From Octopus bimaculoides (Eukaryota): a stretch of DNA of 64,000 nt. Where the stretch lies: NCBI RefSeq assembly GCF_001194135.2, contig NC_068992.1:62214964-62278963 (forward strand), read 5' to 3'. The notes below the pieces were generated by a model, which saw nothing but the letters and a program-made list of their open reading frames with translations, ran no database searches and was not told the origin of the DNA. Shown piece after piece: positions 24,668 through 36,814 of the stretch. The number at the start of each line of letters is the position of its first letter. The stretch's first letter is position 1. The position numbers were made by a program, and so were the translations under genes.

Positions 24668-25625
24668 TGAAATTTTTAAAAAGGTTTAATAAAAAATAAC
24701 AACTAAATAATCAATAATGTATTCACCCTTCTTGTTTACAACTTCTTCCCAATGTTCAACAAGATTTTCAATACCTCATTGGTAGAAATCACCCGATTTC
24801 GACTCGAAAAATGAATCCAACCAATTCTGCATCAGTATTGAACGAAACTCAACGCATAGCATTTGAAAGAGATCAAAAGAGGTGGAAATCTATTGGTGCC
24901 AAATCAGGAGAGTATGGTGGGTGTGGCAGCACTTCCCTAATGCTTTTGAATGGCTTTCTTGGTCATATTGGCGATATGAGGGCAGGTTAGGGTTAGGGTT
25001 AGAGTTAGTAAAGAAATCGTTGCTTGTGTCCATGAGCTGAGCGGTGACGAGCAAGCAAACCAGCGGAGATTGTGGCTCGTTGACTTTTGTTGTTGTCACT
25101 TAAAGCATCTCTCCCATCGAGTGAAGATGCTTCTCTATAGCAGTGTGGGAGCATTCCATTTTCTCTGCCAGTTCCCTTGTCGTTTAACAAGAATTTTCAT
25201 GCAAAAGTTGGTTTAATCGCTTTTCATCAAACTCAACTGGACGGCCAGAAGAAGGTGTGTCTTTGAAGTCAAAATTTCCATTTTTGAACTTGGCATACTA
25301 ATCACATGCGGTTCTTTCAGCTATGGCACCCTCTCCATACATAGCACAAATGTCATGAGCAACTTTTGCAGCCTTAGNNNNNNNNNNNNNNNNNNNNNNN
25401 NNNNNNNNNNNNNNNNNNNNNNNNNNNNNNNNNNNNNNNNNNNNNNNNNNNNNNNNNNNNNNNNNNNNNNNNNNNNNNNNNNNNNNNNNNNNNNNNNNNN
25501 NNNNNNNNNNNNNNNNNNNNNNNNNNNNNNNNNNNNNNNNNNNNNNNNNNNNNNNNNNNNNNNNNNNNNNNNNNNNNNNNNNNNNNNNNNNNNNNNNNNN
25601 NGGGAACTTAGTTGCCAACCCAATA
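24668..25625 (-). mobile_element. mariner (DD34D) relic: HTH N-terminus and PYSPDLAP C-terminus, core replaced by filler
   Basis: 5' TIR tattgggttggcaactaagttccc. KAAKVAHDICAMYGEGAIAERT..FKNGNFDFKD..SGRPVEFDE..TTRELAEKM. Then PHIANMTK..VLPHPPYSPDLAPIDFHLF. Spans the gap at 25378-25601. Confidence 0.85.
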
Positions 25626-25633
25626 TATACACA

Positions 25634-25703
<70 letters not shown>

Positions 25704-26623
25704 ATGAGCTTCTGCTTGTTTCCATCTACCAAATCCACTCACAAGGCTATGGCCAACCTGTTGATATAATAGATGATGCTTACCAAAAGTACTGCACAGT
25801 GGGTCCGTACAACAAAACCACATGGTTTGGAATCAATCTCCTCCCTTCCACAACCACGTCTGCACCCGTGCCTTGTTCAACCTGTGTTGAAGAAAACAAA
25901 TCCCAAACAGTTGGCATCTAATCTACAAATATTCTAGTAATCATTCACATAATTCATAAACTGTAATGTTATTTGAACTCCGAGTAACTCTAGCACTGAA
26001 GAACTAGATAAATCATAAATTGTGATGGTATTTCAGGAGGGAGTACACCTGCTGTGAACTAGATAGATCGTAAACCAAATATTCTGGATTGACGCCAACA
26101 TTATCAACAGTATAGTACATAGGCTTCATCATCAACACCACCACCACCACCACCACCACCACCACCATCATCCTCATCATCATCATCATCATCATCGCCA
26201 CCATCACTACCATCATCATCATCATCATCATCATCACCGCCACCACCACCACCACGTCGTCGTAGTCATCATCATCACTACTATAACAACCAAAACTGCT
26301 GCCCCCCTCCCACCGCCACCACCATCATTATCCTTTGACATCATTGACACTATCTTTAGCCATCATCAACAACTCTGCTGTCACCATTAATATCCTCATT
26401 CTCATTATCGCCTTCAAGCTCCGCTTCCACCCATTTCTTCTTCTTCTGCTTCTTCTTTCCATCCTTCCCTCTCCTCTTACCCTCATTTTTTTTAGTGTTA
26501 TCATCATCACCACCATCATCAACATTGTTACAACCCTTGTCATCATCATCATCATCACCACCACTAATAACAATGCTTTAATATGCCACTTCGTATCAAA
26601 AATATTGTCTGTAGGTGCATAAT

Positions 26624-26669
<46 letters not shown>

Positions 26670-26872
26670 CAAGCACCTCATGGTGCCAGTTTCTGTTTGC
26701 TTTGGTTAGTTGTGTCATTGACATGTAAGATGCTTACAGAAAAGGATGCAACAAAGGAAAGAGTCAAAATATATTTACTCCACATCTGGCCCTCACTCCT
26801 GAACAACAAACTAAGTATGGCACTCAGTCCTTGTTCCTGCTTCCCCATAAATGCCACTCTCCAAAACTAAAA

Positions 26873-26946
<74 letters not shown>

Positions 26947-26974
26947 TATATGTACCACCCCTCCTTACACTTCT

Positions 26975-27235
26975 TCCAGATCATGTATGTATATGTGCAA
27001 GTTTGTATGTTTTGCTTTATGTATGTATTCTCATGCATATAGTTGCATATCTAGAAATGCTCATATATATTTAAATGATAAACTTCTGGAAAGCTTTACA
27101 GATTTTTACAGTTCCAGTGATGGCTTGGATCTGTAGTTTTCAAATTATCTTTCTGTCTGGTTTTGAGAAGATTAATTTCTTAAGATTGGTATTTAGGCAG
27201 TGTGTTACACATCCCAGGGCCCCAATAGTCTGGCT
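26975..27235 (-). mobile_element. Second fragment of the same RLE-type LINE family
   Basis: Near-colinear with 14065-14310 (gcatatctaga..gctcatatat..ttaaatgataaacttctggaaag..ttacag...ccagggccc). Confidence 0.75.
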
Positions 27236-27344
27236 GAACTCATCTAGGTCAACAGTTGTCTTAAATAAGTGCTGGCTCTGACTGTCTGACCCCATACTCC
27301 CATGGAAATTGGATGTAAAAAATTTGATGAGGACAATCTTTTAT

Positions 27345-27580
27345 CTTTTACTTGTTTAAGTCATTACACTGAGACCATGCTGGAGCACTGACTTGAAAGA
27401 TTTTTAGTTGAATGAATTGACCGCAGTCAATTCATTTTTTAAAGCCCAAATTTATTCTGTCGGTAACCTTTGCTGAACCACTAACATATGGGGATTTAAA
27501 ATCACATCAATGGTGGTAGGACTGAACCTGCGACCCTGTGGTTTGGAGGCAAACTTCTTGCCACTCATCCACATCTGCCT
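27345..27580 (-). mobile_element. SINE family A, internally deleted
   Basis: Tail and head present, middle missing. Confidence 0.75.
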
Positions 27581-28397
27581 AATGAAAGAGTAATGAGGAA
27601 ATTATTGAACCAATATATTTTGTGCATTTCTGTTATACATATAAATCTGCAGGCAATCATGTTTACCTGTGGATATATATATGTATATATGTATAACAAC
27701 AATAAATGGAGCAAAACACATATAAATAAAAGTTCCTTTAATTCCTACACATGTTTCAAAATATATGTGTGCTCTCCTCCAAAGAAGTAAGAGCTGCTGG
27801 AATTGCACATATATTCATCTTCAGGGAATCAACATATAAAAGCAAGACAAATGCGAAATGATGAGGTAACTTACGAGCTATAATGTATATATGTATATAT
27901 ATATATTGTTATATAGATGCATGAATGTATGTGCAGACTGCGAGTGAGTGGATGCTGAAGATATTTTCTCTTGTACCACTCATGAATGCAAGTTTATTCT
28001 TTAAGCTTGACAGAAACCTATATATTCCTGCACCAGCACCGCCGCCGCCGCCACCGCCACCACTACCTCCGCCACTGAGAGTGACTAAATGGCTGTTGAA
28101 CGTGCTAGAAATGGCAGGCAGTTTTCTCTGACATCACACTCAGCCACTTTCAAAAGTGATTCTCGCTTTGCTGCACAGTGTTGATCGTGGTTGGAATATC
28201 TTTCATCCTAAGTGTGCTTCAGTAAGATTAACTTAGGTTTAAACAATAACAACATCAACAACAAAAACACCAACACTGGCAGCCACTCTCTGCAGTTATT
28301 TGATTTGTTAAGAAATAGCAGTCAAACCTGCCTCAACTCACACTACCATCTTAAAAGGGAACGATACATTGGATGATGTAGTGCTGTATATCTGTTA

Positions 28398-28820
28398 GTT
28401 GTTTCAGTCATCGGACTGTGGCCATGCTGGGGCACCACCTCGAAGGGGTTAGCTGAACAGATCAACCACAGCGTTTGTTTTTCTTTCTTTTATAAATCTG
28501 ATACTTATTCTGTTGGTCTCTTTTGCCACACTGCTGAGTTACAGGGGATGCAAATACACCAAAATCATTTTTCAAGTAGTGAGAGGAACAAACTCAAAGA
28601 CAAACACACACACACAAACACACACACAAACACACACACAAACACACACACATGCACATACACACAATGGGCTTTCACAGAGTTTCCGTTTACCAAATTC
28701 ACTCATAATGCATTGGCAATCCTGAGACTATAATAGAAGATACTTCCCCAAGTTTTCTTGCAGTGGGATTGATCCTGAAATCAGATACCTGCAAAGAGAG
28801 TGTCTTAACCATACAGCCAT
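28398..28820 (-). mobile_element. SINE family A, diverged
   Basis: Tail at 28398-28560, (CA)n centre, head at 28665-28820. Confidence 0.75.
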
Positions 28821-28827
28821 ATATGTA

Positions 28828-28861
<34 letters not shown>

Positions 28862-29939
28862 TAGATAGACACACACACACACACATATATGTTTTCTGGT
28901 TTTTCAACCTTCCACCTTTTATATACATATATTTCCTCCTCATCTTTTCTCCTTCTTTCCCTCATCTCATTTTTAGTTCGTTATGCCACGTGGGAAGTGT
29001 CTGATGATTGTGCTAGGACACCAAACATGTTAAAAACATTGTTTAGTATGTCCTCAGCACATGAAACTAATAGTAGCACATAAATACCTATCTTGTGTTT
29101 ATTAAATAATATTTATCTCTCACCAGATGGAATACTTTTTGTCTTGATTTTACCATCACGGAACAGTACACTATATATATGTGTGTGTGTATGTGTGTGT
29201 GTATGTGTGTGTGTATGTGTGTGTATTGACAAGATTGTTGTGGATGGAACCTTTGATTACCAGTTGTCTGTTCAATCAGGGCTTACTCTAGGTTAAACAT
29301 CAACAGCAACAACATCAACAATCACCATTATATTCATGGTCACTTCTAATTCATAATTAGCTTGTCAATGCTATTCCCCCCCCTCCACCACCACTACCAC
29401 ATACACTACAAGTGCCACTACATTACACCACCAGTTTCACAATCATGACGATAACCACCACCACCACTACCATCACCACCAACACTACAAACACTACCAC
29501 TACATTACAGCCACCAAAGTCACCACCACCACTACTACCACCAACACTATCACCATCGCTAACACCAGTAATACCATCACAACCACCACCACCACCACTA
29601 CAACCACTACCATCACCATCACCACCGACAACAACAGCACCAACATCAACAATATCAGCGCTAATACTTCACTTCTCACCATCATTATCACCACCACTAT
29701 AACCTCCACCACCATCACCACAATTACAATCATCACTGACATTATTATTATCATTATTATTATTGTTGTTGTTGTTGTTGTTGTTATACTCAGGTGAGTG
29801 AGTGAAGCAGGTATTCAAGTGTTCAGGTATTCAGGTAGTCTTTAATCAGGGAATGTTGAAGAGAATGGAATACATCAACACAGTTCTTCAAATTTGGTAT
29901 TCAGCCAGTTTCCAAAATATTTCTCCTCTTCTCTTGATT

Positions 29940-30664
29940 AGGAACACACACACACACACATACAGACACACACACACACACACACACACAGACACACACA
30001 CACAGAGGCATAATCTTGCACACACACACACACACACACAAGCAAAGAAAAAATCAAACACACACAGGGGCATAATCACGCACACACACAGGGGCATAAT
30101 CATACACAGATACACTCAAATAGAAGCACACACACACACACACACACAGCTGGTCATATACACATTTATACACACACATTCTGAAATATACATAAACATG
30201 CACACAAACACACACATAGATGCACACACACTCACATCAACAGGTATTTTAATCCAAACACATACAAAGTTTATAAGCATACATACAGGTACATATGCAC
30301 AGGCACAAACATAATTATATACACATATAGATAAAGTTGTATGCACATACATACACACACATGCACTGAGTCACAAACACATTCCCAGACACACACATTC
30401 ACACACATCTTCAGCTAAACACAAACATATAGAAAAATCTATGCACAAACACATCTACACTTACACACATGCACTTACACACAGTCACGTTCATTCACTC
30501 TGATAAACACAAACACACTCACACTCACATACAACTCACATATACACACACATATACAGTGAGTCACTTTCACACACACACACATACACACAGTTGCACA
30601 CACACATTCAGATACAAACAGACTCACACATATATGCACAGCTCATATACATACACACATTCAG

Positions 30665-30698
<34 letters not shown>

Positions 30699-30770
30699 AT
30701 ATTCAGATAAACACACATACAAGCATGCACGAAAACACACCCCCTTATAAACACACATATATATATACAA
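29940..30770. repeat. Cryptic (CA)-rich low-complexity tract
   Basis: Interrupted (CA)n with a thrice-repeated cacag(a/g)ggcataatc motif. Similar tracts at 49400-50030, 55790-56120, 60670-60990. Confidence 0.9.
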
Positions 30771-31147
30771 GAGTGGCTGTGTGGTAAGTAGCTTACTTAC
30801 CAACCACATGGTTCTGGGTTCAGTTCCACTGTGTGGCACCTTGGGCAAGTGTCTTCAACTTTGGGCTGACCAAAGCCTTGTAAGTGGATTTGGTAAACGG
30901 AAACTGAAAGAAGCCCATCGTATATATATGTGTGTGTGTGTGTGCGTTTGTGTGTCTGTGTTTGTCCCCCCACCATCGCTTGACAACTGATGTTGATATG
31001 TTTACATCTCTGTAACTTAGCGGTTCAGTGAAAGAAACCGATAGGATAAGTACTAGGCTTAGAAAGCATAAGACCTGGGATTGATCTATTCAACTAAAGG
31101 CGGTGCTCCAGCATGGCCACGCTCAAATGACTAAAACAAATAAAAGA
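30771..31147 (+). mobile_element. SINE family A, full length
   Basis: Colinear with 1980-2358. Confidence 0.9.
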
Positions 31148-31334
31148 AACATACACACTGATGCATAAATGTACATACCTACAAACATACATATATATAT
31201 ATATATATATGCACGAATATCTATGGGTACGTACACATATATGCGAGCACACACATACTTCCACACATTCAGGCAAACACAGCAACAACATATGCATGCA
31301 TGTGTTTGGCGTGTGTACATGTTTCTGTTTATAT

Positions 31335-31488
31335 ATGGCTGTGTGGTAAGAAGTTTGCTTCCCAACCACATGGTTCCAGGTTCGGTCCCACTGTGTAGCA
31401 CCTTGAGCAAGTGCTTTTTACTTTAGCCTTGGACCTGCCAAATCCTTGTGAATGAATTTGGTAGGTGGAAACTGAAAGAAGCCTGTTG

Positions 31489-31547
<59 letters not shown>

Positions 31548-31777
31548 ATATATGTGTGTGTCTTTTTATCTGTGATTGTCATCCCACCACCACTTGACAG
31601 CCAATGTCGGTGTGTTTATGTCCCTGTAACTTAGCGGTTCAGCAAAACATACTGATAGAATAAGTACTAGACTTACAAAGAATAAGTCCTAGAGTCAATT
31701 TCTCTGTCTAAAACTCTTTAAGGTGGTGCTCCAGCATGGCCACAGTAAAATGAGCAAAACAAGTGGAAGAATACAAG
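31335..31777 (+). mobile_element. SINE family A, full length
   Basis: Colinear with 1980-2358; expanded central (TA)n. Confidence 0.9.
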
Positions 31778-31802
31778 AAGATATATATATATATATATAT
31801 AT

Positions 31803-31972
31803 AAGCACCCACTACACTCTCTGAGTGTTTGGCATTAGGAAGGGCATCCAGCTGTAGAAACTCTGCCAAATCAGATTGGAGCCTGGTGTAGCCATGTGGT
31901 TCACCAGTCCTCAGTCAAATTGTCCAACCCATGCTAGCATGGAAAGCGGACGTTAAACGATGATGATGATGA
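31803..31972 (+). mobile_element. Family D: RTE-type 3' tail element ending in (GAT)n, well-preserved copy
   Basis: aagcacccactacactctc..ttggcattaggaagggcatccagctgtagaaac...ccaacccatgctagcatggaaagcggacgttaaacgatgatgat. More than 15 copies, e.g. 6690-7200(+), 8462-8810(-), 9050-9200(+), 15058-15310(-), 17705-17855(+), 18590-18942(-), 39480-39620(+), 40085-40290(-), 41985-42200(-), 44555-44800(-), 46750-46965(+), 48545-48945(-), 49030-49335(+), 52090-52285(-), 62555-62720(+). Confidence 0.8.
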
Positions 31973-32314
31973 TATATGAAATGGAACAAAAACGCAAAAG
32001 AGGACAATAAAACATTGGGACAGATGGATGATACAAAGGTGAATATGAGAAACAACAATTAGGACAGGCAAAAAAATACGGGTCATTCGTGGCCCTCTTT
32101 CCTCATTCAAGCATACCAGAAATCCTTACTGTTTCGGGCAGTTACACTTGATATATACACTAGAAATGGAATTCAAAGACTCCTTAGCCACAAAAGGTTG
32201 CATGTTGTCTCCCCTGTCAGTTCAAATAGAACATGCGGCATTTTGTATATACGTATGCAATTACAAGTTTTTTAAATTCAGGTGTGAATGTGTCTTGCTA
32301 TATGTGTGTTTTTT

Positions 32315-32762
32315 TTTACATATATACCAAACTAGTTTCAACATTTTTTTGTTTATCAATGGTATAAATGTATGGGATTTTAAAAATTAAAAATTGCGAA
32401 GTAGAAAACATGTTTAGAGGCTTAAATGTTCACAAAATTCAATAATATCAAAAATGATCGGTGAACAATATAAAAAATGTAGATCACCAAATTTCTGGTC
32501 ATACTGAGAGAAAAATAAGAAAAAAAGAGAGTTAAAAGAGGGGGTTTTGTTACAGTTTCTCTCATCTTGCATGTGATTCTTGAACATTTAGTGATTCACA
32601 TTTTTATATTCTTTGCTGATCATTTTTGATATTATTGAATTTTGTGAAGATTTAATCAATTAAACAAGTTTTCTACTTCGCAATTTTTAATTTTTTAAAT
32701 CCCATACATTTATACCATCGATGAACAAAAAATTGTTGAAACTAGTTTGGAATGCATGTAAA
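32315..32762. mobile_element. Foldback / long-TIR non-autonomous element
   Basis: Inverted arms about 32315-32492 and 32586-32762 (about 175 bp, about 85% complementary by eye), with a spacer of about 93 bp. Confidence 0.75.
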
Positions 32763-32825
32763 TGAATTTATTTAAAAACAATTAAAAGTTTTACAAATTC
32801 AAATGCATTTTCAAAATCAAATTCT

Positions 32826-32867
<42 letters not shown>

Positions 32868-33359
32868 CACACACACATATACACATGCATGTGTTACTGT
32901 TTCCTTGGATGGTAGTTGTATGTTTCATTGTCAGTCAAGCAGTGTCCTTCCTTCCCAGTCATCCCTTAAAACATTTCTGGTCTTGGTGAAATACTTCCCC
33001 TTGATTGGGAGCAGGTGAGGGTTGGCAACAGGAAGAGCATCTGGCTATAAACAATTCTGCATTAACAAAATTCTGTTCGACCCGTGTGAGGATGCAAAAA
33101 TGGACATCAAAACAATGATGATGTCGATGATAATGTTGATGTTGGTAATGATGACAATGATGATGCTGATGGTGATGACAATGATGATGATGATGATTAT
33201 GATAATAGTGATGATGGTAAAGAGGATGAGGAGGATGATGATGACTGTAGTACTGATGATGGTGATGATGTTGATTGTGATGATGTTGATGATTATGATA
33301 ATGATGGTGATGATAAATAATTATGATGATGGTTGTGGTAGTGGCTGCTGCTGCCGCCC

Positions 33360-33740
33360 TCTTAACACCCTGGCTGCTTTGTATTCATCTTTTTTTTTAC
33401 TACCCTTTATTTTTTCAGTGGTTGCTTTGCAACTGCTCTGTAACCTCCTTATAACCACCCTGTTACTACCCTGTGACTATCCTCTACCACCTCTGTTACC
33501 ACTCTATAAACAACCAGTCATCAACACTGCCAATTCATTCCCACAATGTTTCCACCTTTTTACCACCCTGTTATTAGAATGTTAGCCACCATTTTACTAC
33601 CCTGTATTGCTCCTGTAGCCACCTTGTACCCCACTCTGATACCACTCTACAATAATAATATCACCACTTTACACACACCTTGTGGCATCAATACTGCTAC
33701 CCTGTTCCCACCCCATTTTCATCCTCTTACCACCCTGTTA
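33360..33740. repeat. Degenerate 11-12-bp tandem motif (taccaccctgt)
   Basis: More than 10 imperfect accaccctgtta/ctaccctgt units. Confidence 0.6.
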
Positions 33741-33799
33741 TGACTTTAAACCATTGTGGGGCCTTGGTTCAAGAATTCCAGGGTTTCAAGGAGAGGGGG

Positions 33800-34855
33800 G
33801 GGGCACCTCTAAGCCATTATTGTTCCCAGGTCTAATCTAACCCCCAGGATAGTTGCACCTGCCAAGGTCCCAGCCATGGGTTAAGCAGCAAGTCAGTGGG
33901 GCAGATGGATCTTGTTAGCATGGGGATAAGGAGGGGTGGGTGGAGGCGCAATGGCCCAATGGTTAGGGCAGTGGACTCTCGGTCATGATTCCCAGACCGG
34001 GCGTTGTGAGTGTTTATTGAGCGAAAACACCTAAAGCTCCACGAGGCTCCGGCAGGGGATGGTGGCGAACCCTGCTGTACTCTTTCACCACAACTTTCTC
34101 TCACTCTTACTTCCTGTTTCTGTTGTAACTGTAATTCAAAAGGGCCAGCCTTGTCACACTGTGTCACACTGAATAACCCCGAGAACTACGTGAAGGGTAG
34201 ACGTGTCTGTGGAGTGCTCAGCCACTTGCACGTTAATTTCACGAGCAGGCTGTTCACTTGATCGGATCAACTGGAACCCTCATCGTCGTAAGCGACGGAG
34301 TGCCAACAACAACAAGGNNNNNNNNNNNNNNNNNNNNNNNNNNNNNNNNNNNNNNNNNNNNNNNNNNNNNNNNNNNNNNNNNNNNNNNNNNNNNNNNNNN
34401 NNNNNNNNNNNTCGGTCATGATTCCCAGACCGGGCGTTGTGAGTGTTTATTGAGCGAAAACACCTAAAGCTCCACGAGGCTCCGGCAGGGGATGGTGGCG
34501 AACCCTGCTGTACTCTTTCACCACAACTTTCTCTCACTCTTACTTCCTGTTTCTGTTGTAACTGTAATTCAAAAGGGCCAGCCTTGTCACACTGTGTCAC
34601 ACTGAATAACCCCGAGAACTACGTGAAGGGTAGACGTGTCTGTGGAGTGCTCAGCCACTTGCACGTTAATTTCACGAGCAGGCTGTTCACTTGATCGGAT
34701 CAACTGGAACCCTCATCGTCGTAAGCGACGGAGTGCCAACAACAACAAGGAGGGGTGGGAGTCAATCTGTCCATGAGAAAGAAAACCTCGATTCCGAACC
34801 TCCACTACTTCGTGGCTATACCCAGACATGGAATAGATTTCAAGAGTAAACCTTG
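33800..34855 (+). mobile_element. RTE-like 5' UTR remnant split by a SINE insertion
   Basis: After removing the SINE, the sequence reads ...ggtcccagccatggg...gagaaagaaaacctcgattccgaacctccactacttcgtggctatacc...gagtaaacc. This resembles the agaaggaaaactctgattcaaacctcc..gagtaaacc motif of RTE 5' regions (from recall, unverified). Confidence 0.4.
33941..34746 (+). mobile_element. tRNA-derived SINE family C, young copy with 13-bp TSD (body present twice across a gap)
   Basis: Head tggaggcgcaatggcccaatggttagggcagtggactc, tail ggagtgccaacaacaac. TSD aaggaggggtggg at 33928-33940 and 34747-34759. 33979-34317 and 34412-34750 are identical (offset 433). Confidence 0.9.
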
Positions 34856-35061
34856 AAGTATGTGCTTGTGTGTGTGTGTGTGTGTGTGTGTGTTCTCATA
34901 TCATGAAATCATGTGATTGTTGTGAATGAAGGCCAAATCGATTGGCAAAATTGACTGTAATGGATCTATAATACTGTGTACTTTGATTAATATACCGACT
35001 TAATGAACAAATATATGAATGTCTTTTTTATTATGATTTATGAATTTTTAGTCAACTATCA

Positions 35062-35167
<106 letters not shown>

Positions 35168-35514
35168 TTATATGTATGTATGTGCGTGTTTGTGTATATA
35201 TACTGTATATACACACCCCAACAGACACACACACAGACACTCACACATATGTAAAACAAACAGGAAGCTGGAAAAATGTTTTGGTATTATTTATTCACCA
35301 TTACACATGTATCTTTGGCTAATAGGAATCACAAAATTGTACATGTTGAATAAACATGAAAGATATTTCCTATTACAAATTCCTCAGAGAGAGAATCAAA
35401 TAATACATATCTACACACAAATGCACACACACAACACACACACATGTATATATATATATATATAATATATACATACATATATATATACATACGTACATAC
35501 ATGTATATACACAG

Positions 35515-35545
<31 letters not shown>

Positions 35546-35736
35546 CACACACAATCACACGTGCGTAATTGTGGCAAGGTATGGACGGTTTTCGGAGGAC
35601 TGGAGAGATTATGTGTGGGTGGAGAATTATACGAGGTATAGTACTATACAGAATACCGAAAGGATCTTCACCTCTTACATCATACCTTTCTTCCTACTTC
35701 AACGCCGATGTGGTATAATTTCCTGGGAGAGAAATA

Positions 35737-35809
35737 ATTTTGCGGCTGAGGATAGCTTTGTATTGTAAATTATACACATATAAAGCTTGAAACACGTGTA
35801 CCGCGGAAT
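35737..35809 (+). ncRNA. Minimal type I hammerhead ribozyme fold with long stem II
   Basis: ATTTTGCGG-CTGAGGA-T-AGCTTTGTATTGTA-aatta-TACA(C)ATATAAAGCT-T-GAAA-CACGTGT-A^CCGCGGAAT. Stem I is 9 bp (2 G.U). Cores are intact. Stem III is the perfect palindrome ACACGTGT, with a GUA triplet. The 10.1/11.1 position is U.U (non-canonical). Confidence 0.7.
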
Positions 35810-36377
35810 CCTTTGTAGTTTTGTTGTTATTTTTGGGATTTACAATTTATTCTTTCACCGCAACCACTAGCTGGCATACACAGGTGCTTACAATTACCTC
35901 TAAATTTTAATTTACCTATATATATGTATATATATATATAAAAATATATATATACACAAATATGTATGTATGTATCCCCTAAGCTTTTACTATGTCTCTC
36001 ATTTGTTTTGTTTGTTTATTAATCTTCAGGTTCCATTAACCCCTGCGCCAGTTTCAACTGCAGCTTTCCTTTCTGCAGTCTTTACTTCATCCCCTGTCAA
36101 CTGCATCCCATGCAGCAGACACCTCTTGGTAAGCCTGGATTGCACTGTAGCAGTGTGTGCACAGCAAGTTCACTTGATTAGTTGCTAAAGGCAACATGCA
36201 ACAAACACCATGTATATACATTAATGTGTGCTTTCACCACATGTAGCATGTGCATCACATGTATATGCATTTGCACACATTCTATGCCAGGCACATGCAA
36301 GCTTTTTTACTAGCAGCAAGTTATGTTCTGCTTATCCTATATCTGAGCATATTGTCAATAGAATATTTTATCAACCC

Positions 36378-36762
36378 AAGGCGGCGAGCTGCCAGAATCA
36401 TTAGCATGCCGGGCGAAATGTTTAGCGGTATTCTGTCTGCTGTTACATTCTGAGTTCAAATTCCTCTGAGGTCAACTTTGCCTTTCATCCTTTCAGGGTC
36501 GATAAATTAAGTACCAGTTACACACTGGGGTCAATATAATTGACTTAACCCCTTTGTCTGTCCTTGTTTGTCCCCTCTATGTTTAGCCCCTTGTGGGCAG
36601 TAAAGAAATAAGAAACATTAAGCATGCAGGGCGAAATGCTTAGCAGTATTTTGGGGTCGATAAATTAAGTACCAGTGCATACTGGGGTCAATCTAATAGA
36701 CTGGCTCCACTACCCCAAAATTTCAGGCCTTGTGCCTAGATTAGAAAGGAATATTTTATCAA
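36378..36762 (+). mobile_element. SINE family B followed by an internally deleted second copy with a different tail
   Basis: First copy ends gccccttgtgggcagtaaagaaata. The second restarts at attaagcatgcagggcgaaatgc and ends aggccttgtgcctagattagaaagg. Confidence 0.8.
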
Positions 36763-36814
36763 CCATTTTGTTTCTATATTTCTGCTGAAATATTCTGCCT
36801 TTCTTCTTTCTTTT

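Noticed and set aside
33941-34000. tRNA-like sequences with A and B boxes (also the heads of families A and B)
   Set aside because: These are SINE heads. They continue into repeat bodies and lack a complete cloverleaf, so they are not tRNA genes.
35790-35885. Hydrophobic stretch ESFVVLLLFLGFTIYSFTATTSWHTQ as nAChR signal-peptide exon 1
   Set aside because: There is an in-frame TGA immediately upstream, no ATG, and a poor donor (cag/gtgctt). The region is better explained as the hammerhead-bearing repeat.
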